In this document: positions 1 to 9,470 of the stretch, one piece after another
How positions within the stretch are numbered: position 1 is the stretch's first letter
Layout: every line of letters begins with the position of its first letter
Source of the DNA: Sphaeroforma arctica JP610
Taxonomy: Eukaryota
Assembly: GCF_001186125.1 (NCBI RefSeq)
Contig: NW_014040190.1
Span: 49,561-81,786, forward strand
Direction of reading: 5' to 3'
DNA length: 32,226 bases
Position numbers and translations under genes: made by a program
Notes under the pieces: generated by a model
What the model saw: the letters and a program-made list of their open reading frames with translations, nothing else
Databases searched by the model: none
What the model was told of the DNA's origin: nothing

Positions 1-5
1 TATTT

Positions 6-1600
6 CTACATATTTCCTTTGTAACGATTGTACCTGGTAGTACTTTCACTCCAACTTAATGTTGGGCTTTTGTCACAAGACTTGGCGTGATAGCCATTGG
101 TCTTCTCACACTTGTCACACTTAGTAAGAAAGTGTGTACAGGTGGGTGCATGTCTGCCATTCCAATAACCGTTAGGGGTCAATTGGTACATGTCATACCC
201 ACACTGTGCGTCGGCACATTTCTTAATCTCCTCAAATGGAGGTTCCTTGTCCTTCGCCTCCGCGCGTGCCCGTTTATTGGGTCGCGTTGATTGAGTGGAG
301 TCGCGAGCACGTGTCAGGTTAGGACGCGTCTGATGAGGTGAATCATCTAACGTTTGGCGTGAGAGGTATCCTTGATCAGTGAGCGCGCGGTTTCTTGTTA
401 ACCGCATGTCCCTTCGAGGTTACTCGGTGTGTGGGGAAAAGAGTGGATACAGTATCATAAAACTGTTCCCACGTGAGTCGGGATAGATAAAACTTTGTTT
501 CATGTCCCTTGTCTCGAGCCCCAGTAGCGTATTTACGTCGCAACTCGGTGTACAGACTTTCACGGTCGTTGTTCCCTATATTCTTACAGAACACATTTAT
601 AACCAGGAATTCGTACCATCGCTGCGCCTTGTCCTTTGTTATATCTGGATGTTTAAGGTCGGCATCAAGTTTCAGAATATAACTCTGAATAGGAGTATTC
701 TCAACTGGTTCAGATAAGATTGAACTCAGTCCTGGACTTCGTATATCCTTGATTAATAAGGACGTGACCAACCAACACACAGCTGGCCAGTCACGACAAG
801 TGTCTAGCTCATGCTGGTCTAAAAATTGCCTATATATAATCCTCTCAGTACTGTTTTCGCCGAAGGCATTTTATTTAGTGTTTCGTCGTCACTCTATTAG
901 AAACTATGGTATGTTTCGTTGGGGCGAATCCAAGAGACTCATAAAATCCTATCTTTAGAAAAAAAGAAAAGAAAAGAAAAAAGAAAAATACTCTCGATGT
1001 CCATAGTTATTGTATTTACCAATAACTTGCCACTTATCAAGAATTGCCGACTTAGCCTTCATCAGACTGGTACCTCTGGTTGGCAGAACGGAGGTTAAAC
1101 TAGGTATGTTATCATGATTATCTTGTTCGCTTTGAACAATCGCGATGTTTCTTAGTTTGCCCAATGCTTCTTCGATAGTTTTTATGTTTTCTGTTATGGT
1201 TGGACTAGCGTGTGATGCAAGATTATGTGACAAAGCTTTGTCGAAATCTGTTCGTTCAGATTTCGACCATGGTGTGACACCTAGTTTCCTGAATTTATTC
1301 AATATCTCACGGTTCTTTGTATCTACACAAGTACCACGACCGAGTATTGTTATCCAATTCAGTCTAGTTCTTGATAGCGAGTTAATGTTATGCGGTTGTT
1401 GTAAAAAAAATTAAGTATTGATCCAACCCATCAACATCGAAAGTGTAAATATGGGCACCATAATGGATATCCCAAGGTTCATATATATTGAGCAAATTTT
1501 GAGTTCTTGATTTATTTGCGATGTCTTCCTTGTAGGGTTTTGGGATAGTTGGAGGTGGTGCACCAGCTAATATAAGTTTCGGTCTACCAAGGTGATATTA
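6..1600 (-). pseudogene. Degenerate retrotransposon gag-like ORF (frameshifted, interrupted by a 282-bp repeat copy)
   Basis: Minus-strand frames join as follows: ~1590-1405 (LAGAPPPTIPKPYKED...), a shift at the A8 run 1403-1410, ORF 955-1302, repeat copy 825-1106, 824-376 (DTCRDWPAVC...LTWEQFYDTVSTLFP, a gag-like W motif), a shift near 400, then 6-407 with two Cys/His knuckle-like motifs (CADAQC...HAPTC; CDKCEKTNGYHAKSC). No pol is visible in the window. Confidence 0.5.
825..1106. repeat. Terminal-repeat-like module, copy 1 (direct repeat of 1740-2021)
   Basis: 282-bp near-identical direct repeat, ATTGCCTATATATAATCCTCTCAGTACTG...GTTAAACTAGGTA, containing a TATATATA string and an A/G-rich tract (958-988). 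Confidence 0.95.
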
Positions 1601-1739
1601 ACGCCTTAGAGTAATTAAACGCTTAGGTTAAGTCTAAGTATAGTTAAATTCGAAAAAATAAATAAACGAAATGAGTCTTTAGTAAGTTAGGTATGCCTCG
1701 TGAAAACAGCAATACTCTGAGGGATTGTGAGGCTGAGAC

Positions 1740-2021
1740 ATTGCCTATATATAATCCTCTCAGTACTGTTTTCACCGAAGGGATTCTATTTAGTGTTTCG
1801 CTGTCGCTCTAATAGAAACTATGGTATGTTTCGTTGGGGCGAATCCGAGAGACTCATAAAATCCTATCTTTAGAAAAAAAGAAAAGAAAAGAAAAAAGAA
1901 AAATACTCTTGATGTCCATAGTTATTGTATTTACCAATAACTTGCCACTTATCAGGAATTACCGACTTAGCCTTTATCAGACTGGCACATCTGGTTGGCA
2001 GTACGGAGGTTAAACTAGGTA
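1740..2021. repeat. Terminal-repeat-like module, copy 2 (possible LTR-like region upstream of the gag-like ORF)
   Basis: Same length as copy 1 with scattered substitutions. On the minus strand it leads into a long hairpin (1696-1781) and then ...AATATCA-CCT-TGGTAGACC (1581-1599), which resembles an LTR end plus primer-binding site. The repeat is certain; the LTR reading is tentative. Confidence 0.9.
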
Positions 2022-2266
2022 ACGCTAATAGTCCCTAGAAACCTATATTCGGTTGAGCCATCTCGCTACCGAAGTATTCAGATATAGATAGATTTGGAAG
2101 TTAACATAGTTCTATTAATAGAACTAGTCCAAATCATATCTTTGGCATTTTAATCTGGCCTTTTAATGGCCGTATTGAAATATCTGATATGTAAAATGGA
2201 AAAGGTATTTAATCAATAAAAGAGTTTATGGTAAGTTTCGTTTCGTTTGAATCTTTGCAATTCTGG

Positions 2267-3037
2267 TTAGTATTGTGCATGACATTGGAAGTTGTACATA
2301 TGTTGCGTCGAATTTGGACTACTTATGGTAGCAGTATGCGAATTATTATTATTATTTCCGTTGTTAAACATTTGTACATGTGTAGTCATATCATTTGGAT
2401 ATATATTCATTTGCACATCCATTGTGTCGTATGAATCTGCGGGGTCTGTCATAGTCATTAGCGGTATAGTACCACTACCGTTAAATATCTGTACATGTGT
2501 AGTCATGTTTTTGGGTTGTAGATTTATTTGTATAACCATTGTATCATATGTATCTGCGGGGTCTGCCATAGTCATTGCTGGTATAGTACCACTGCTATTT
2601 GGGCCAGTGTGAGTATTCGTGCTGTTGTACCTATGAACATGAACAGAAATATTGATCGGTTGATGAGATGTATTGTGCTTAATATAATGTTGTTGTGCGA
2701 ACCCATGTGTCGGAATTGAATGAGTTGTTTCTGGTATAGTAGGAGTAGTGTATGGGCCAGTATCAGTATAAGTGGTGCCATAACCATGAGCAGGATCAAA
2801 ATCAATGTTGGGTAACCCATATGTGGGAATTGAATGAGTTATTTCTAATATAGTAGCAGTACTATTTGCGGCAGTATCAGTATACATGCTGTCGTTGTTA
2901 TCAGCAGGATCATAATTATTGTTAGGTGAGTCAGATGCATTCTGATTTATATGTTGCTGTGGGAACGGATGTGTAGGAATTGAATGAACGTTATATGTAT
3001 TTTGTAAATTTTCGAACTCATCTATATTTGTGTACAT
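2267..3037 (-). other. Low-complexity Thr/Asn/His-rich ORF with internal repeats, adjoining the truncated Helitron Rep
   Basis: 256-aa ORF with a 117-bp tandem duplication (TGTACATGTGTAGTCAT at 2373 and 2490) and a recurring HSIPT peptide (3 times). No recognisable domain. Confidence 0.5.
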
Positions 3038-3089
3038 GGTGTCATAATCATTTGCTGGATCAGTTGTGTGTTATGGGAACCTCATGTTC

Positions 3090-6000
3090 ATTCAGAGCTT
3101 TCTCACGAGATATAGAGAAAAATTCATCGGAAGGATCTATATGTGATGGGATTTTGTTGTGGGGCCATTTGTATTTTCGACCTAGATCATAGTTATGCTT
3201 GGATTTAACATATTTGTGATTGTAAACTGTTGTTCATACATGCGAATCTACTATACGACAGATCTGTTTATTGAGTTTGTTACGAGAAATAGTTTTTAAA
3301 GCTTGTTGCAGGAGTATGGGTGATAAATCAGTATGCAAATGATAATGACCATGTAAAGTGCCACGATTTTGACACTCATCTTTTCGAGTAATGGAACAAA
3401 CTCTACCAGCTATACCTCTAGATTGTGTGAAAGCTGGAGTTGACTTTCTTGTTGAGTATGGTACTTTTAAAAGGTGCTCTTGAAATGTTTGAATGATTCG
3501 TTGATATACGTCTGCAGCAATTACGGGGTTCTTACAAAGTAAGTCAATTCGGCGGTGTTTATGCCAGCAAGGAACTACAATTTCTACGTTATCTTGTTTT
3601 AGATAGATTATTTGAGACGTCAGGGGATATGGTGACAAAATGGGATGCTGAACCATAGAAATAATGCTGTGCATGAATTTTATTTAAGTAAGTAGCGGAT
3701 CTGTATTTTGAGAATGATGTACTAGTATTCGTGACATTCAGTAGAGGAACAAACATGTTTAATATAGCTTTGGCCTGTTTGGATTCAGGATTATTGGTGG
3801 CGTATTCCATTTCCTTTTTAAAGCCGGGATCATTGATTGCATCGTATATTGCTTTAATTTTTGAGGATGTTTTGTAAATGATACAGATACGGAATTTGCA
3901 CATTCATGCCTTCGTATCTGATCTGTGTTAAGGAATACGAGTGGCTAATCTATCGTCGTAATAATGCAAGAGGTGATCTAAGTCCTAGTAATGTGCCTTT
4001 TTGCGTAATTTCAGTGCCTGAAGGAAATAGGATTGGGAAACATGAATGTAATAGTGTGGCATTGTTAGTATAATCATTAATAGGTATAGAACCGTGTTCA
4101 ATTTGTATACGTGGATTCCATAGTTCTGACCCATTAGGATCATAAGAGGCATTTGTGGGCATATTCGTATCATTTGCGGTTGTTTGCGATGTATTTTCTT
4201 CCATTGTTGGAACATGTATCAATTGAGGGTATTGTAACTTTGATGCAGTACTCAAACCAATGGTTTTATTTAAAGTAGTTAATGAAGCGTCTTCTTGAAG
4301 GATTGCGGACTAGTATAATGTATTTTGAATTGTTGGGGACATAGATTGTTTTGCTGCATTGTCGCCCGCAGAAATTTATGACTTTGTCTTCGGATACAAT
4401 GTCTGCTTCAGACAATATATAATCAGGTATATTTTCTAGTTCAGTCTGTAATTGTTCGATAGGAATAAAATTAATATCTTTATATAAGATATTAACTTGT
4501 TTAAATAAAGATAAATATTGGCACACAACAAGAGGTCTTACCGTGAGAAATTTTGTATATTGCTCGCACTTGGTTACAGAATCTCTATAACTCTGTACAT
4601 CTTTAACTTTTCCTAAAATGGGACAGTGATGTACGAATTCTATATTAAAACAAACAAAAAATCTGTCGACCATCCATAGGGAAAGAAATCATATGTCCCA
4701 TAAGTTTTAAAGATATACTATCTGTATGTGGTGCAAACTGTAATTGTAATATAATTTTGAAAGGATGGGCCAGTTGTAGTAACATAGTCTCCATGAATGT
4801 TGGTTGAGGTAGATTATGTATACGTTTATAGGTTCTCAAATCACCAAGATCGAAACCTTTGCGCAAAAAAAGTTTATAAGGTTTCCCCTTTTTAAACCCT
4901 TGTTCACAATGTGAGTAAAGATCAAATTCGTTCTGTTCTCGTATTAAATTTTTATGTTAATACTATATATTATTACCATCTGTATAATTACTGCTTAGAA
5001 TATTGGCACGAATATTATTTTGCTTTTTAGCACTGTTGCATATATAATCGTTTATATTACTATGGGGTTTGAACGAGTTCTCGCATGAACTCTGCAAGTG
5101 GATATAACCACATGAAACACAGCCTTTACACTGCACCTTTGAAGGATCCATATTATCAGCATAATTTTGTACACAGTTCTTGATTAATTCCATCGTAATT
5201 GGTAGAGGTAAAAGTTTTTCTATTTCATCTTCTGAAGGTGGTATTGGTATGTTACTCAAACCTGTACTTTCATACAGTCGTTTAAGGTTGTGATTTACAT
5301 CTATTTCATAGTCATTTGTAGGTTGACCATCAATATATATTTCGTCATCATTTCTCCTATTATCTCGACGTCGGCCTTGGGTTGTACGGATATTGCTCCG
5401 TGATTGACGGGGTGAATGAAGTGGTTCATTTGATGTTGTATTACCATGTAGTAGATCTCTAAATGTATTTTTCCGTGGCTCATTGGGGGATGTATTTAGT
5501 TCCGTATGATTTGGACATGTATGGTCTGGTGATTGTGGTGCAACTGGTCGTATATGTAGTCTTAGTTTACGATATGATTGTGTATTGTTTTAGGGTTATC
5601 CTAACCCTTTCAACATGTCACACGTGATGACAATTTCGCACGATCAAGGGCATGCTGCCTTGTATTATGGTTACTTTTCATCACAGTCACCCATTCCGGT
5701 AGACGTTTACGATATACGGTATGAGATTGCGAATCTTTAATATTAATTGCCTTCTTTATATTCTCTGTATATTGATTACGTGCACGAGTATGACTGTGAG
5801 CGTATTTCATCTTGATGTTCCTCTTTTGTTCATCGTTCATACTCTGTCTACGTTGTTTCTGACGTATTCTTGCCTGGTATCTGAGTAAATTTTGTTTATT
5901 AGTGCGATGTTTTCGTGACCAAGTTTGTTTAGTTGATTGTTGCTTTACTGGATGCTGTAGTACGAGTTTATCATGAACGTTATCCTGTATCTTTGCTATA

Positions 6001-6242
6001 ATGTTTCTAGCACGCAATTTATTGGCTAAGTTGTAACCTTGAGAGACACGAGATGATTTCGCATACGCAATCATTTTAGGAAAGCACGTATGGTGTACAT
6101 TTTTAGATTTTATTAGTAGTGTCTTGTTATTAAGTCCGTGAACTCGCACCTCCGCCTGATCTTTAGTAAGCGATGCATTTGTGTACACGCAACTATTACC
6201 AACCTGTTTAGGTGTCGTATCATCAGAGGAACACATTTGCAT
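3090..6242 (-). mobile_element. Helitron-type Rep (HUH endonuclease) pseudogene, multiply frameshifted and 3'-truncated (no helicase)
   Basis: Collinear fragments: basic N-terminal region (5610-6242), CKGCVSCG (4963-5259), LMGHMISFP and LTVRPLVVCQYL...NILYKDI (DUF6570-like, 4266-4866), PINDY...SCFPILFPSG (3950-4255), YGSASHFVTISPD (Rep motif 1), KNPVIAA, and ECQNRGTLHGHYHL (HUH motif 2). Motif 3 (YxxKY) and the PIF1 helicase are not seen. Confidence 0.85.
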
Positions 6243-6659
6243 GTTGGCCTTATGTTTAGGAAAGGAATCATTTATGTACGCGTTGGGTTTTCCAACGTGT
6301 AAAAAACTGAAACGATTAGGATACTTACTTCATCGATATTTGTGAATTGTGGATGATTTTTAAGTATGAAAAATAGTATTGTATTTCGAGCAAATCATTT
6401 CCTGTAGTCTAAAATGTGAATTGTGCAATGTGCATTGGTAATCATGAAACATAAATATTTACATAGAGCAAATGCGACATTTCTGTTGCATGACTCATCA
6501 ATTTCAGACAGATCTGGTTGGAAGATCAGAATATTTTTTTGTTTGTTTGTGAAATATCAAAATATTAACATACCGGGAATATTTACGAGTGTGTACGGAA
6601 GAAGCAATGAATGACTTTGCAAGCGATTTGACATGCACCTGGGGGAGCAATTGTATGCG

Positions 6660-6918
6660 CGTGTGTGTATTCATGCGTATGTTTACGCACACGTATGTGT
6701 AGACCTACGGTGGAGTGTAACATATTCTCCCAGGCTGTGCACTCAGAGGATCAGACGTCGATTATAGCACATACTCTGGGGTATAGCATATGTTACACCC
6801 CAGAGTAGGTGGTATAACACACATGTGCTCACCCAGGTGCTCACTTTGGGGGGATATGGTGAACCCCACCGTAGGTTAACACATACATGTGTGTACACAT
6901 ACGCGTGTACACACACAT
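6660..6918. repeat. ~260-bp imperfect palindrome (foldback)
   Basis: Centred on CATATG (6787-6792). The inner left arm TTATAGCACATACTCTGGGGTATAGCAT matches the reverse complement of the right arm, TTATACCACCTACTCTGGGGTGTAACAT, at 24/28. The outer arms share GTATGTGT..ACCTACGGTGG. Confidence 0.9.
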
Positions 6919-7317
6919 GTACTAGAGTAGGTGCTAAATGAAGGTTGACAGAACCATATGGATTTCTGAAAAATGAATAACGCATAGCCATAAATGATTT
7001 AAATCTTTCATTCTATTATAATTTATAGTACACAGATATTTGTTGTTGAATAGTAGTTGATGTTTGACGACAGATGATATTGGATGTTTTGTGTACGAAA
7101 ATTTAGATCCAACATATGATATCGTTTGTATAAATACTATCATAATGTAGAACTCTTTGGACATTGCATGATGTGTGTACGAATATTTACATCCAACATT
7201 TGATACGATATTGTCGGTTCCATAAATCATATGATAATGGGATATCGTTTGAATTAGTTATTCAGATATAATTTCTTGTAACCCCCCCCCCCCCCCCTTC
7301 CAATTAGGTTAGGATCC

Positions 7318-7427
7318 TTTCTAAAGATGGGATTTTATGAGTCTTTCGAATTCGATCGAACATCGAAAAGATATATAAAATCCCTTCGGCGAAAACAGTA
7401 CTGAGAGGATTATATATAGGCAATGTC
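7318..7427. repeat. Inverted third copy (variant, runs into gap) of the terminal-repeat module
   Basis: Its reverse complement, GACATTGCCTATATATAATCCTCTCAGTACTGTTTTCGCCGAAGGGATTTTAT...GACTCATAAAATCCCATCTTTAGAAA, matches 1737-1876 at both ends but has a different, shorter middle. It is preceded by a C16 run (7282-7297). Confidence 0.9.
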
Positions 7428-7610
7428 NNNNNNNNNNNNNNNNNNNNNNNNNNNNNNNNNNNNNNNNNNNNNNNNNNNNNNNNNNNNNNNNNNNNNNNNN
7501 NNNNNNNNNNNNNNNNNNNNNNNNNNNNNNNNNNNNNNNNNNNNNNNNNNNNNNNNNNNNNNNNNNNNNNNNNNNNNNNNNNNNNNNNNNNNNNNNNNNN
7601 NNNNNNNNNN
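7428..7610. other. Assembly gap
   Basis: Run of N. Confidence 1.
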
Positions 7611-7737
7611 TATATATATATAATAACAGGCACGCAAATTAATATATAACAAACACACAAAAAGACATTTAACGAGCACACTGATTAATTTATAACAAGC
7701 CCATTAATAATCTATATTCTGGGTCTCATTTTCAAAT

Positions 7738-7953
7738 GTCCTGGGTAATCCGTCGAATATCCAGAAGGAATATGTTGTCTCTATATGCAAGGAACGGCAC
7801 ATCACTCGCTACTTCGCACCATTGCACCATTCCTACCGTCCCGAATTCCGGCCACTTGAATTAGCTTGTACGGATAGTAAGTTCTCGAATCCAGGGTTGT
7901 ACGCCAATCCCACACAAGTCAATTTAACTACGATGCTATCAATAAAGTTCTAA
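7738..7953 (+). pseudogene. Possible IS630/Tc1-mariner transposase C-terminal relic
   Basis: An open frame reads ...KERHITRYFAPLHHSYRPEFRPLELACTDSK, loosely resembling the LPxYxPELNPIExxW..K motif around the catalytic Glu. It is short and degenerate. Confidence 0.25.
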
Positions 7954-9470
7954 AAGCAGCACGCTTCTTTGTGACGATAGTCGCCCAAAGGATGGCTTGT
8001 ATCACCCTACACAAGCATCATCGTGCTTTGGCCGACGCTATTTGATATCGATCGCTTCAGCTTTCGCCTATATTTAACTTTAGGCTTTTAATGTTCATTT
8101 CAGTAGACAGTGTATAAACGCTTTGAATAAAATTGATCCGCAACCGTCGCTTATATGAGTAGTGACACAATTTGACACTATTGGATTATGTGGAAGGCTG
8201 TGCTACTAATTATTGACTTATGAACACTAGAACCATCAACTAAAGAATCGAGAAATCCCCTATGTTCAATATTTTGTTTTTCACTTGCGTATGGTAAGGA
8301 ATGGTTTTTCAATAGACGCTCTGAAATGTGTCCCTTAAGAGATTTAAACTTAGGTGTAAATACTAAATAGGCGAATTTACTGTAGACTGTATACAGTCTC
8401 TTTGAGCAAAGTGGTCAGTGGAGTGTGGACTAGACGCTATTTTGGAAAATGACTCGTCCTGTGACTCGTACTGTCGTATCTACGTAGTAATGTATACGCA
8501 CAGTAAACTGTAAAGGCCATATAAAATCAGCAATTTAAAAAGTCACTCAGAAATTCGGCATGGTATCAGTTGCAATGTAAAATATCATAAAATTCGTCGC
8601 TCTGAGTCCCAACCTCGGCAGTGCTGGCGTGGTATCAACTTCTTGAGCCAATCTGAGGTGGAACGATATTTTCGAATGACTGATTTAGCTGGCAAATTTA
8701 CCTATTATCGGTCGGTTTGATAAATGCCAGGAGGCTGCGGTTGATTATGCAGTCCCTCAACGGTTCTCCGTACATAATTATCCCTTGTGGTTTGGCGACC
8801 TCTATGTAAGAGACTGTACCTTTTCGAGTCTTCTACTGCGTGTTGAATTATGTATACTTTTGAGCAGGGATTCATTTTGTTTGGCATCAGGCGAATACCA
8901 CAAATCGACCAATTGTGGCAAACTATCGGAAAGATATTGCACTTATATCCACTTTTCTCGTCGGGGTACACTCTGAATGAATCCCACGCGAAATTACTGT
9001 GAATCATTTATCACGCGTACGTAAGACCCTTGAAACATTAAGCTCTTATTTCGTGGCAAGTGTGTGACATCAGTTTATGCAGTCCTGAGCATGCTGCTAG
9101 CACCTCGTATATTCAACAGCACACAGGAAAACGAGCCGAAGCTTAATAATAGCCAACCTCACGGACGTGGAGAATGTGAATCCGAATCAGATGTGGCACG
9201 TAATCGCTCATTCATTCCAAATAGGTAGAACCTAGAAGAACTTCGATAAATATAAACTCAAGTGCAATTTATGTGACACTGTAGATATACACCGAGTCAC
9301 AGTCACACATGCGCAAACAAATCTAATTCTGTGTCTGAAAAGCTTGCTATCACCGCCGTCGTGAAAATTCAGTAGCACGTAAAAATCAACGTCGCTGACT
9401 AGTATGTCTGTATTGCTTTGTTTTATTGAGACGACAATCCCGATAAATGCTAATTTCCTTCACAGGCAGC

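Noticed and set aside
1900..2220. Minus-strand frame that reads protein-like if TAA/TAG were Gln (alternative code or RIP-like decay)
   Set aside because: Host genes end in TGA, TAA and TAG under the standard code, and no homology is recognisable to support a decayed ORF.
5590..5608. Telomere-like TTAGGG / TAACCCT mini-hairpin
   Set aside because: It is a single unit inside the Rep pseudogene, with no array.
8705..9007. 100-aa ORF with HRGRQTT, faintly like an integrase H2C2 zinc-binding segment
   Set aside because: There is no following CxxC or DDE core, so the resemblance is too weak.
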